Positions 10,627-22,816 of a stretch of 64,000 nt of DNA are shown here, piece by piece. Source of the stretch: Raillietiella orientalis (taxonomy: Eukaryota); the NCBI GenBank assembly GCA_036172245.1, contig JAYWIR010000035.1, forward strand, positions 558,001-622,000. The letters are read 5' to 3'. Below the pieces are notes generated by a model. That model did not search any database. It was not told where the DNA came from and worked only from the letters and a program-made list of their open reading frames with translations. A program made the position numbers and the translations under genes. Numbering within the stretch: the stretch's first letter is position 1; the number at the start of each line of letters is the position of its first letter.

Positions 10627-10815
10627 GCCTGCGTTGGCGGCCGTGTGGCTGAGGTCTCCGCTCGTGGCGCCAAGCAATGCGGGTTCGAATCCCATCCGGG
10701 GAAGGATAAGCGCCGAGAAGTGGATGCGTCGTAGGTTTCGAGTTCCCTCTGAAAGATGACCTGGTTGTCCTGAAGGGTTCGGCTGCGGCACTGGTTGAAG
10801 CCCGAAACCGGATGT
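10627..10815 (+). mobile_element. tRNA(His)-like SINE, copy 1
   Basis: A-box-like GGCCGTGTGG, a GTG in an anticodon-like context (CTCGTGGC), perfect B box GGTTCGAATCC at 10682-10692. The ~120-nt non-tRNA body aligns to 48794-48991. No acceptor stem. Confidence 0.75.
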
Positions 10816-11599
10816 CTCCGTTGACTGGCAAGGACTGCTGCGGGCTCACTCCAGGAACCAAGGAGCCAATTCCCTTCGGGGTTCCCACCCTACGTCTCCC
10901 CTCGGCTCCTGCCTTGCCTGCTCTTCCCCTCCGCCTCATCGTCGCTTGGGCCTTCTTCTGCATCTTCGTCCCGCTCTTTGCCTGCTCGTTTGCGTTCCTC
11001 TTTCGTGTTCCTTCTTCCCCTTCCTCCTGCCTTGCGGAGCTCCGCTGCCCTCCTGGAGGCGGGTCTCTGGCAGCAAGAACAAGGGAAAGGTGAGGAGGGA
11101 GAGTTCAGCAACAACTCGAGGCGCTACCATCGGGACGGCCGGGAGGTACTCGCGACTCGGAAGTGCCGCAGGTGTTGCTCCCTGCCCGAAGTCGCGAGTA
11201 TTGAGGCGCGGCCCCTTCCTTCCCCTCTGCGCGCGCGCGCATGGTAGGAGTCGGACGCTCGACGAAGGGGTCGCCTCTCGCGGTGCAGCGGTGGAGATGG
11301 GGGAGGGAAGCAGGGAGTCTGCGAGGACCGTGCAGCATCGCCATAGCTCCCACCCGAAGAAGGGAAGAGGGGCAGGAGGGAACCCTGAGCGAAGCGGCGG
11401 CGGCAGCGACTGGCCCACGCGAAGGCTCGCTGCGGCCTGCGGACGCGTCCGGTCTGCCCTCGTTCTCGGCAGGAGCACACGCAACAGCGGGGAGAAGGTC
11501 AAAGGGAGGGGAGGGGTCGTTCAAAGGGTTCCGTTCAAAAGGTGCCCGTCTCGTCCACCCTCGGCGGGCAGGCGGGAGAGGTGGAACCCGAGCAAAGCT

Positions 11600-14090
11600 G
11601 GAATTCAATCCCGGGCCGCGCGCGACAAATTAAAATTTCACACGGCGCGGATGCAAATAGGGCGGTGGCGGAGGAAAAATTGAGGAGGGGGGGAGGAAGA
11701 GGAGGAGGAGGGAAATCGCTTCCCGCTGCGGGCGGCGGCGGCCCCGCGTTTTGTGCGAGCGGCGGCGGCGGACCGGCGGTCCGCGAAGTGTTGGGAATGC
11801 GGGCCGCCCGGCAGTCCGGTATCCCGCCTGTCGGAGCAGCGTCCCGGACGGATCCGCAGCTCTCTGGGGCGCGTGTGCGCAGCAGGCAACAAGCCAAAAC
11901 CTTTTTCTTCTTCCGGTTCCCCCCTCCCCCCCTGTTGCTCTCTCCGTCCGCCTTCCCCCCTCCTCGTTCCCCGGACGGACGCACCAGGAGCGTTCCGGGA
12001 AGAACCTCTCCAAAGCGCGGGACCGAAGGGGGAGGAGGAAGAGGAGGAGGCCGAACAAAAGAGGGCGTCTCACCTCCTCCGCCGAGGCGGAGGGACGTGG
12101 AAGGGGAGGGATGGAGCTTCTCCCCTCGGCAACGGACGCATCAGATGGTCAACATGGACAGCAATTACCCAGACGGTCGTTTTCAATTTGCATCCCCAGC
12201 CCTTTTGTTCTGCACCCCTGGCAACGGCGGGAGCCACGCGATTCGCGAGTCCTCGGAAACGCCCGGTCTCCAGACCGACGACGGCTCCTGCGGAGCGTGG
12301 CCGCTACCGCTGATAACGATGGCGATGACGACGCTCTCGGCCTTCTCCGGCCGCGAGAGAACCCAAAACACCCCCCGGTTTCCAAGCAACGGCCTAGGGG
12401 TTCAAACGGTGCCGCCGCCGTCGTCCTCCTGAGCAGCAGCAGCAGCAGCTGAGGCCGTCTTCAGCAGTGGCAAAGGTCTTCTCAGTCGCCTGGAAACCGA
12501 GAAGACGGCGACCGGTTTCTAGGCGACCGATCCTGACGATTCGAGCGAACCGCGCAGCTCTCTTCCTGTCGCTCCTCCCTCCCTCCCTTCCTTCCTTTCC
12601 CTCCTGCTGCCTCGCAGGAACGCATTTCCCTCTGTGCCCCAAGAGGAGGACGGGAAACGGTGCGTTGCCCAGGAGCCGGGAGCGGTGCCCAGGGCGCCTT
12701 GTTTTCGCCTAACAAGCAGCAGCTTGCCGGGAGCGGAGGAGGTTGCCACGTTACAATTAAGAGACGGCGTTGGATGTAGCCATCAGCGGCGGGGGGCGTT
12801 CCCGGGGGAGAGTTCCGCCCGATTCCCCCCTTTCCAAGTGGCTTGCCCCCGAGAACGAGGTAGTCAAGGAGAAACGCACGCGAGGGACGGAATTACCGGG
12901 GTGCAAACGGAGCGGAGGGGAATTGAATTTTCGCCCTTTATTTTTTTGTTTCCCCCCCCCCCCCTTTTTTTCGGTCTAGAGGGCTCAGGGGTTGCTCTAG
13001 AGACCCGGTTGCGGTCCTTCCTCTATCGATTTGTGTGTGTATGGTTCCTTCTCCTCCTTCCCGAGCGGGGCGTGGGCTAAAACGAAAGGGGAGGAGGAGG
13101 AGGAGGAGGGGAAGAAACAAAAACAGCAGCAGCGGCAGCATCAGGAACAACAACAACAGCAGCAGGCGGAGCCGGAGATCGGAAGGGCGCCCGAACGGTG
13201 CGGGTTTCGTTCCTTGGAAACGCACCTTCGCGGGGCGAGAGAGAGGGAGGGAGGGAGAGGTGGAGAAAAGCCATAGGCGGAGAGGTACAGCGGAAAGGAT
13301 AATTCAAGTGCATGAGCTGTTCCATGTTTGCCACGGGAGATACCTGCAAATTAAATTCACCATGGTAACCACCCTCCTTGGCTGCCATTCGCGCCAAGCG
13401 CGTTGTTTATCCCCTCGGCGCGTATCGCTGCCGCGCGTCGGGAGAGTGCGAAGGGAAGGGGATGGGAAGGGTGGCAGTGGTCAGTCAGCAGCCCGGAAGC
13501 ACCATCCCCCCCGAATTCCCGCAAGGCGGCAGCGGCGCTCCCGGCGCAGCCACCTCTCGCGCACCATCCTTCCGGCGCGCGCGACCCGCGATTAGCTTCC
13601 CTGCCGCTCTTCCCAGGGGCATCTCCCTGCGGAGATGAAGAGTCCCGGGAGCCGAGCAGGAGGACCCGCGGCGGCTCCGCAAAGCAGCGAGAAGAGCCGA
13701 GAGATGGCAAAAAAAAAGAGAGAGAGGGAGAGAAGAGGGAGAAAAGGGGGAAAGGTGGATAGAAAGGGAGGAACGGCACCGTCCCTGCAACCTTCTGTCT
13801 CCCCCGCCTGCACCAGCGCCGCCGCCACTGCCACGCAGGAATTCTCCGCACTCTCTCCGGTGCGCGCCGTCCGTCCTTTCCTCCTCCCCCTCCTCCTCCC
13901 CCGCTCCTCTCTTCGGGAATTTTCAATAAATCCAGCTCCAAATGGGTTGTCAGTGATACCACAGGCCAAACAGAGATGATTGGAGGCGCGAGAAACATCC
14001 GAGGTAATTGGTTCCCTTAAAGACTTCATCCGCACCTCCGGGAAGGCGGCCTGACAGCTTAATCATTTCTTGCGCGGCTCCGTTGATCCC
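11600..14090. promoter_or_regulatory. Candidate downstream enhancer cluster
   Basis: Octamers ATGCAAAT at 11651 and ATTTGCAT at 12186; E-box CAGATGG at 12142; X-box-like motifs at 12378, 12991 and 13356; Fox-like TGTTTAT at 13404; TGACAG/TGTCA and TAAT sites at 13945-14065. Confidence 0.45.
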
Positions 14091-15199
14091 GAGAGGAGGC
14101 CCTCAGGTCACGACGAGCAGATCGCAGCCGGCATGGGAACCACCGGTGCTCGAGGAGGAGGGGGGAGAGGAGAAAACATGGGCGGGAAAACACGCGGGGA
14201 CGGACGACGGTCGTTCGCTCGCGCGTGCGCACATCGGAAGTGCACCGGCAAGGGGGGGGGGGGGGGGTAGGTCCATTCTTCTTCCTTATCTTCCTCGGAG
14301 GAGGAGGAAAGCGCCGGGCAATCCTAGCAGCCCGAGTGCTCCACGTGGCGGCCCCTAGGCGGCCGTTGAGCTTCCGAGAAGCTGATTGGAGGGAGGAAGG
14401 AGGCCCGCAAAAACCCGAGGGGGAAAGGGAAGCAACTCTCATTCCCTTTTGCCCTATTGCAGAGGGAAGACTTCCCGGTGGAATCGAAACAGCCTCCAGG
14501 CATCTCCGTCCATCCTCGCGCCTACACCTCCACGGGAAGAAATCTGCCTGCCGCGTGGGAAACCGCTCGGGACGCTTACCCCTCCCTTTCCCCTTTTCCC
14601 TGCGCTCGCGCGGCCCTCTTTCTGGGCTGCTGAGGACTCCTCGGGGGCGACGTGGGACGCACTGGTCGGTGCCCTTCCGCCTCCAGCTCGCTCCCCGTTC
14701 GGGAGGCTTCCCCCTCGCCCCGAAGGCGGCCGTAAAGGGCCCGAGGCGTGCCCAAATCGGCGGGAAATCCGACCTCGCTGCGCGCGCGCGCTCCTCCTCT
14801 GCCCCGGGAGCGCGCAGAGCAGCAGCCAGCAGCTTCAGCAGAGACAGCGGCTCCTCGCATCTCTGCAGGACACTTTCCCGCCATTCGCTCCCGTGGAGCG
14901 GGGGGGACGCTGCCCCCTCGCTACCTGCCAACTGTGAGGGGGTAGGGGAGGAGGAAGGAGAGTTCTTTCCGCACGCGGGTCCTAGGAGTTCCTTTGGCCG
15001 GTCGGCGGAAGGGAGGAGGAGGAGGAGGAATGGGATGCCGCTCAGGACTTCCCACCGAGCTCTCGATTCGTCCTGCCAGGCAGCTGAGCGGAAGAGGAAA
15101 CCCGCAAGGTCCGACCGCGCGCGCTCAGGGAGCGGTCGCCGAGGGAAACGGCGTAGGCCGCCGACCGCGGGCTCAGTGTCACGCGACGGAGGGAGCGGC

Positions 15200-16560
15200 C
15201 GTTGCTGCTATCCCCGAAAAACTGAGGCGGTCTTCGCCTCGCCCACGTGCCTGCCCAGCTGGCTGCCCCTCCTCTTCCCGCTCCCGAACGTTTCCCAATG
15301 GGACGGGGAAAGCTCCTCGTCCTTCCGCGTCCTCTTCCCTAAGAAGCGTCCGGGTGCGGATGCGGACGGCAGGCGGACGGAGACAGCCGAACGGGCGCGT
15401 CAACAGCGTCTCCTTTTCCACCATCTCGGGGAGTGGGGGCGGGCGATGAGGCTGCCTGAGATGTGGAACAGCAAGGAAAGGAGGTGGTGTCCCGAGTCAA
15501 GGCCGCCGTCCTTCGCTGATCTCGCCCCGCCGCCGCGCACCTCCGTGCCCTCCCACAGGGCGAAGAGAACCGGCATCACCCCCATTTTCGCCGCGGGATC
15601 CGGCTAGGGAGGAGGCAGATGGAATTCTCCCCGGGAATCTCCCGCACCGCGGCCCTAGCTAAATGAAAGCGATCTTTCATCTTGTGTGACGTCACGCTCG
15701 CGGACATAAGCGATGTCGCCCCCGCCAACGCGGATGGTCTACGCGCTCCGCTCGGAAATTGGGCACGGAGCAGGCTGTCGCCTCTCCAGGGAATGGAGCT
15801 GCGCAACCAGAAGCTGTCGAAGGGGGGTTCATGGCCTGGCAACATAGCATCCAGGCAGCTCGGGAAGGATGGGGAGGAGAGGGGAGAGAAAGTCTGCGCC
15901 CCATGGAGACGACTCCCGCCTCTTCCTTCGCGCCCTCGAACCGGCCCTACCTTCCTCAAGCGCGCGCCACGGACGGACTCTGCAACTGCGCCTGCGCGCG
16001 CACCCGGACAGGACGGCCATGCCCTGGCAGAAGAGGTTCGTCGCGCTTTCCTGGGGAGGGCAGCGCGGGTCAAGGGGAGCAGGGGGGAGTTTTTCACTGA
16101 AGGGAGAACAAGGAAGCGAATGATGATTCCTGACCCAAAGGCATTAGGCATCCCCTCTGCCTCTCCTGAGGAAGCTCGGCTCGGCACGGAAGAACGAACG
16201 AGCATCCGCCGGCACTGCTGCGAGAGATCGAAGCCTCGTTCCGGCGGCAGCTGCAGAGGAGTTTTGGTTGCCCGCGGCCCGCAGTGCTCTTCGGTTGCCT
16301 GTGGAACTCCCAGAATTCTATCGGCAACAAAACAAAACCCCTCCTCCTCCTCCTCTTTTCCTCCTTCTCTTCCCTTCGTCCCCCGTTCGTCTCCCGACCT
16401 GACCACCCTCACTTTGTATCACTCGTCAGGTCTCCCGGAGACCCCGCCTTGCCCCCTTCCTCTCTGCGGCGACCTCTCGTGGCAAAGAGCGGCTTAGGGC
16501 TGGCGAGAGCGTTGTGTTGCTCAGAGTGTTGTTGAGCACCTAGGGCGGCGGTGAGCAAGG
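15200..16560 (+). mobile_element. Probable LINE linker relics (two fragments)
   Basis: WDGESSSSFRVLFPKKR at ~15300 and AFLGRAARVKGSRGEFFTEG at ~16050 resemble the EN-RT linker. Confidence 0.3.
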
Positions 16561-18559
16561 GACTGCAGCGCTACCTTCCCCTCCCCCCTCTTGAGGCACG
16601 CGCGCGAGCATTCTCTCCTTTCTCTCTCTCTCTCTCTCTCCTCTCCCTCACTTCTTCTCTTGGTGGAGAGACAGGCAATTTTCTAGTCGTCCGCTCTCCC
16701 ACCATAATTCATCCTTCATCCGACTACCAAGACGAATGCGGACTCTGGAGACCGACGCTCACCTCGATCCCCATGCCCTCCTCTTTCCCCCCCCCTCCCC
16801 CTCCTCCGCGCCATTAAACGGCTTTTAATCGGCGTTAAATGCGAGTAGCTGGAATCGGCCAACATCCAGATTAGCTCCACGGAAGACGGGGAGAGCGAGC
16901 GGTTCCCGACACGCGACTCGGCGGCGGCGGCGGAGAGAGGGAAAAGCTGGGGGGGGGGAGGAAGAGGGATTGCTCGGAAGGGGATGGGGAGGGGAAGGAA
17001 GGGGAGGAGGGAGAGCCGCCGCCGCCGCCGCCGCCGTCGCTTCCCGTCTCCATGGCGACCCCTCGCTGCCCGGCGCAGTGCGCTCCTCGCTTGTGCTCTC
17101 GTGGCTTCAGCAGAGAGGGCGCGAGCGCGATTTGCCTTTCCTCCCTCTCTTTTCCTCCGCTCGACGCCACGGGAGCGGCGTGGCCACAGAGGCGCACGCG
17201 CGGAACGGAGACTGCCGGACGGGCGGAACGAATCGGCCGCGGCGGATCGCGACGCCGCCGCTAAACCTCTCCTCTCCTTCCCCCCCCTCCTTCCTCGGGA
17301 TGAGCCTTTTGATAAAGAAGCCGCTGTCCTCCCTCCCCCCCTCCTCCTCTCCTCCCCGCGCTGCAGATATCCCGGACTTCCCGATTCTCACGAGTCACTC
17401 GCGGCCGTTAGAGATAATGCGCGCGCGATGATTTGTCCGGATTACCGGGACGACGCGTTTTACGACGGACTTTATTTTCCGGGATCCACTCATTACTCGG
17501 GCAGAAGGACCGGGATCGTCCGTAACGATGATTTGTGGGGTTTTCTGAGGGAGGGGATGGGCAGCGCTGAGCAGCAAGGGGGAGGGCCACAAGGCCTCCT
17601 CCCCCGTAGGTGCCGGTCGCCTGGCGGACAGCCACGCCTTCGAGAGCGCTCAAAGATGAGGAGGAGCTTCCTGCTACCCCTTCTGGGAGGCGTGCGTCGT
17701 GCTCCGGGACGCCCCTCTTCCTGAAGCCTTCTCTCCTTCCACCTCGCCGTGCTGAGGCCCTCGCCTCCCCTGAAGTAGAGGCAGGAGCAATCCACGCTCC
17801 TTTTCGGAAGCGATCCGGAAGCTGGGCGTCCACCGACGAGAACGCGGGGCGTTGACCGCGGAATAGGAAAAAGGAGAGTTCTCCGACATTCCGCTTCTTT
17901 CTCCCTACCTCCTCCTTTCGTCTCTTCTAGAAAAGTGCCCCTTCCCCCCTATTCTTCTCCTCTTCCCCTCTCTCCCTGGAATGGAGCCCTTGGCTGATGA
18001 CGCATCAGGCGACGAGGGTCGCAGTCTTGCTCCCGCTGTCTCGGACGGCAGTGGTGGGAGCGCTGCTGCCCTCTTGCGCCAGGGGCCGGCGCGACGGTTT
18101 TCCCTCCCTCCGAGAGGCCCACTGCCATCGCGCCTCCCGGAGGCGGCGCGGGACTCGCCATGATAAATGCGGTTGCGTGGCAAAGCTCCGCGGGAAGGGA
18201 GCGTGAAATTCGGCACGCTCGCGCGCGCCCCGGAGAGGAAGCGACACCCTCGCCCGCGGTACGTTCGTTCCCACGGAAACGCTAGCGATTCCCCGAGGTA
18301 TCCATCATCCGCCTCTGCGCGCATCCAGCATCCTGCATTTTTAATCGATTCGTGAAAAGCCGCGCCTCCTCAGGTGTCCCTCGCCGCTGCGCCGTAGGGA
18401 AGAAAAGCAAGGAAGGGCGACCCGGTAAGCATCCGATCCCCGAGGCAGAGTCCCCCTGTCCCCCGAGAAGCGTCTCCGCGCGCGGATCACGCGCGGACTC
18501 CGAGTTCTTGCACATCCCGCCGCCGTCGCCGCTCACGGCGGTGCCTAGCGGCGAGCGCA

Positions 18560-19930
18560 ATACCGCCTCGCTTCGGGGGGAGGGAGGACGGTTTTGCGGA
18601 GAACTAGGAGACGGGGCGGATGGTCAGCTGTGGCCACCACAGCCAAAGGATCAGCTTGGCCGGCTGCGTCGCTCCCTCTGCTGGCGGCACTGCTTTCTCT
18701 GCTTCTGCGGGAAAGCAGCCAGCCGGCCGGACGCACGAGGGCGGAGCCCCGGCAACAGTGGTGTCTTCCTCACCTCTTGCTGGCCGTCTCAGCCGCCTCT
18801 GGACACAGATCAGGAAAGGAAGGCAAAGGAATCACCACTGCTCATCCAACGCCTCCGAATACTTCAGTCGACGCCTTCACTGCCCTCTCTGAGGAGGATG
18901 GTTGCCTGATGCCCCTAATGATCTTCACAGAGGGATGCTGTAGAGCTTCTAGACTCCTCTTTTCCCTGTCTTTTTTTTTTTTCTCTCCCCCCGACAACCG
19001 TCGCCTCCAGAAGGGAGCTTGTCCGGAGAGGACGTCGTGGATTCTTGAAACTCGAGGAGGCCGTTTCGCTGAACCTCCCTCCCGAACGAGCCACCGCTGC
19101 GGCGAGGTCTCTGGCGGCCTCTGAGCTCCTCTCTGCCCGCTCCTGGTAGCAGAGCAGGAGCTCCGGAGCCGACACAAGGACGAAGATCGACCCCGCCCAC
19201 GCTTCCCAGTGCGTTCCGGAGAGGTCGGGACGACGGCACGCACGAAGGTAACGCAGAAGAAGGAAGAGGAGCAAGGTGGTTCCATCTGCTAAACTCTCCG
19301 TTCAGAGGGTGGATGGTGAAGGCTGCGGCGGTGGCGGCAGTACACTGAGCGGAGCAACAGAAGCCGTTGCTTCCTCCTCCTTTGTTCCTCCCTCCAGCTC
19401 CCTTCTCCTTCTCGTTCTTCTTCTTCTTCGTCTTCGTCTTCTTCCTCCTCTTCCTCCCCCTCCCCCCTCCCCTTTCTGCTCCGGCAAAGTTCCTCCGGAT
19501 TCTCGAGGCAAACAAGCGGCACAGTAGCGAAGATTTATGCGCTGGAGTGGGATGTGTTTCAGAACTCCGTTGCCTCGCAACGGAAAAAATTTCGATTGTT
19601 TTTGCCCCATCCCTTCGGTAGGAAAACGATAAAAATATTTAAACAACATGCTGAACAAAGAAGACAATATAAACAATTGAATCCCGGGAAGAACTTCCAA
19701 TCAAGTGATCGGCAGGCGAAGGTCAAAGGAAAGAATGGACGCCAACCGAAAAACACACTCAGTCCAGCGCGGCACTGGCGAGGAGGAATACCAGTCTGGC
19801 CGGGGGCAGCAGCCACATCGTTCTCTCTCTCCTTCCCTCAGCAGAAAACACATCGCCGGAGGCGACCTGAGGCATTCCCGTCCCTCTCCTCATCGGGCTG
19901 TCCACCGGATTCCCCGGGGAGTGGACGCAC
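18560..19930 (+). mobile_element. L1/Tx1-clade relic with internal deletions
   Basis: ~19130-19292 is clearly the reverse complement of ~32687-32855 (shared gaagaaggaagaggagcaaggtggttccatctgct). Flanked by endonuclease-like AASRPDAR and RT-like VKGKNG..RGGIPVWP remnants. Confidence 0.55.
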
Positions 19931-21199
19931 CGACGGGCGGGACGGTGCCGGGCGGCAGCGGGGAGCTCCGTTCTCTTCCGGCGCGCGCAGAGCTAGGAAC
20001 GCACCGTTCAAGAGGTGTGGAGGAGGAGGGGGTGGGATAGGGGAAAAGTCCTTTCCCCCTCACCCCTTCCTCTAATCCTCCTCCTCCTCCCCGAAAAAAT
20101 TTTCCCCGGCCCGTACCTCGAGCAGGCGAGGTGGTTTCCTTCCGGTGGGAAGGGGATCCGTCTTCTAGGAAGGAGCGATCGAGGTTCTTATGGAGGGCGC
20201 CACCTCCTCCGCGTACGACAAGCCCGCGCTCCCTGCACCAGCAGCGAAAGGGGGAGAGATCGCACCTCCAGCGTGCGCCTGCGGCGGGCTCGCGTTCGCC
20301 GTTCGGGGAGAGAGGAACGGGCATAGGGAGGGAGGGAGGAGAGGAGGAGATTCTTCTCTCGATGATGGATTCCCGCTCGCATCCCAACGGGACGCCAGCG
20401 GGCTCTGGAATATAATTCAACAGTCCTCAGCCACAAGTTGAAGCGATTCCCGATCTAAGCGCACGTTAATCCCATCCGCGCGGTCTTCCGTTAGCGCGCC
20501 GGTTCCATTAACCGAACGATACACGAGAGATTATGCATCCAATCAGTCCCGATGCCGCGGCGCGTTGTCATGGTATCGCTCTCCTCCCGAAATTTGCTTT
20601 CATTATTGATACTTGATCCGCTGAAAGGGATTCGCAATCTCGAGAGCCAACAGCGGGTATTCCCTTCCCTCGTTCGGGGTGTTCCCGAGATGCGCGGGGA
20701 CGTAATCGGAAGCTGGGAGAGATGCCCGAGCTCGTCATTCCGGAATTCGTCCCCCTCGGGGTCTTGGGGGTGTCGCCGAGCGCCCTCTCCAGCGTCCTTC
20801 GACCCACTTGGAACAACTCTCCCGGAAGGGTGCCAGAAGGTGGCGCCGCCGCTGCCGTTGTGCACGAGGGTGACAGAACGAAAATCGGGAATCTCTTGCT
20901 GCGTGCCGGAGCGCGCGCGCGCGCGCGTTCGTTGGGTGCCGGACAGCAGCAGCGACGGCCCGTCCGTGCCCTGCGGCGCACCAGGTCATGCAAGGGTCCC
21001 CGCCGCGCTGCCGTGTGCGCGCGTGTCTGCGTCGGCGGGCGTCGGCTTCCGGCTCCGGCAGCAATGGCCGCTGCCGAGACGCGCGCGCGCGCACAGGTTG
21101 CGGCAACAGCAGCGGTGGCGGCGGCGGCAGCAGCGCAACAGCCTCTTCCCCTTGGCGTTTGTGCGTCGGATCTCCGGGCACGCGCCGCCTGGTGAGAAG

Positions 21200-21600
21200 G
21201 GGGAACAACAGACAGGCCTAACTCCACCCGTCGCCCCCCTGCTGGGGACGCCCGCCGTCGCGCACAACTGCATCCCGCGAGCGGCGGAGCGCCTGCTTCT
21301 GGCGCACCGCGCGACTGCAACTAAGTGGCAACTGTCGCCCGGGAGGCTGCGTGATGCGCAGCGCGGCGACCGAGGCTGCGACTCACCCATCAAGAGTACC
21401 TGGTTGGTCTTAGCTCCTCCCGTAGTAGGGGCATTCGGACCGAGGACAGGCGCCTTGAGATGCCGCGCCGGAGCCAGAACTGAAGGAGGATGCCTCTCAG
21501 CGCCATCGCACAGCCCGCGCCTTCTGGACTGGAGATCACCCATAGCTTTGAAGACCACGAATGGCTCGTGTAGATAGATACTAGAGGCAGTAAAAATTCT
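21200..21600 (+). mobile_element. Probable LINE C-terminal relic
   Basis: AVAHNCIPRAAERLL...CDSPIKSTW resembles WR.AH..LP..ERL...C.....W. Confidence 0.35.
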
Positions 21601-22622
21601 CTCGAGATCAAAGTCTTTGTGCGTTCAGTTGTTGACCGAATGATCATCATCATCTGTCAGCCCTCTGTGTGTGTATTTTGTTTTCCTTTTTCTCCTCTTC
21701 CCTTGTTCACTGGTCCCCAGCAACCAGATGGCGACCCCCCTTGCCCGTCATCCTCGTTTTTCTTTTTTGCACCCTTCCCTTCCCGCTTTTTAGACTCCAG
21801 GTGCGTTTCAGTCTTCATCCCGATCTTTCATCGTCGTCGGGGAAGAGGTGCAGCTTTCCCCTCCTGTCTCCGCATCCGAGACGTCTCTCCCTCTCCGCTG
21901 GATGATGCGATCGGGGGAACGTCCCGAGCCCCTGGCATCAAACACACGCCCATGCGCTCCGCTCCTCTTTCGATTTCCAGGAGATCATGGTAATCCTGGG
22001 GCCGCGCGTGGGGTCCGAACCCACTAGAGAGGATCCGAGAGAGATTTCCCGATCCTGCGGCTTTCGTCAGAGGGAGGGGCCTTTTCCCATCTGGGGAGAG
22101 CGGGAAACCTTGCCCACTCTTCGTTCGGAGGAAGGGAAGAAAGAAGGAAGGAGGGGTGGGGACCGCCTCTCTTCTCTTACTTGAGGATGCTGTTTCCTCT
22201 CCTTATTCGCCTTTTCATCTCCCTGGCCGTATTCCCTTCCTCCGTCCGCCAGCAGTCCACCAGCTACACGGGAAAGGGTCCTCTGAGTGTGGCTGGCCGC
22301 TCACCAGGCTTTACCGAGGTATTCAGGGAGATCGCGGCACCCAGACGGTCTTCTGTGATCTCCATCCCGCAAGTGCCCTTATCCTCTGTGTCCCAGGCGA
22401 GGTGGAAAGCCGAGCCGGAACGTTTCAGTCCTCCTCGCCTTTCGAATTTCCTCTTGCCGCCGACAGAGGCGCGCGGACGGGTCTTAGGATTTAGCAGCGA
22501 CGATGGTGGCGACGTCCGCGTTTCCTGGCTGCGCACCCAGCATCTGCGACCTCTTCCGCTGACTCTGGAGCTTCTGCTCCACCTGCCTCTCTCATGTTTT
22601 CTGTGGGAGTTCCCCTGCTTTC

Positions 22623-22816
22623 CCTGCTCGCGGAGGCCCAGCTGTGCTGCTTATCTCCTCGTACCGTTCCTGGCGCGCATAGGTGGCAAATTCCTTTCCA
22701 CCGCACACTCACAAGCCTGTCCCTTTCGGCTCCCCCCAGAGGGAACAACAAGGGAATCCACCATGGGACTCCGAGTGCCCTTCAGTTGTTGTTTGTCACC
22801 CGGGTATGCCGGGGCA
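22623..22816 (+). mobile_element. Highly decayed third copy of the same SINE
   Basis: Short colinear anchors with copies 1/2: CCTGC start, CCGTTCCTGGCGC (vs CCGCTCGTGGCGC), TTTCGGCTCCCCC, ACTCCG, CACCCGG, then TTTATT. Length 194 nt vs 198 nt for copy 2. Confidence 0.45.

Noticed and set aside
10627..10702. Functional tRNA-His gene
   Set aside because: B box is perfect but the acceptor stem does not pair, and homology to 48794 continues ~120 nt past the tRNA part, as in a SINE.
10765..10828. Hammerhead ribozyme in the SINE body (CTGAAG...CCCGAAAC...)
   Set aside because: Core reads CUGAAGG rather than CUGANGA, stem II needs core bases to pair, stem III has a bulge, and the copy at 48.9 kb lacks the motif.
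13085..13170. Poly-Glu/poly-Gln coding exon
   Set aside because: Simple (GAG)n/(CAG,CAA)n repeats with no convincing splice sites or adjoining coding signal.
14554..18275. Su(H) sites CGTGGGAA (14554) and TTCCCACG (18268)
   Set aside because: Isolated; several other matches fall inside LINE relics, and a few are expected by chance in 64 kb.
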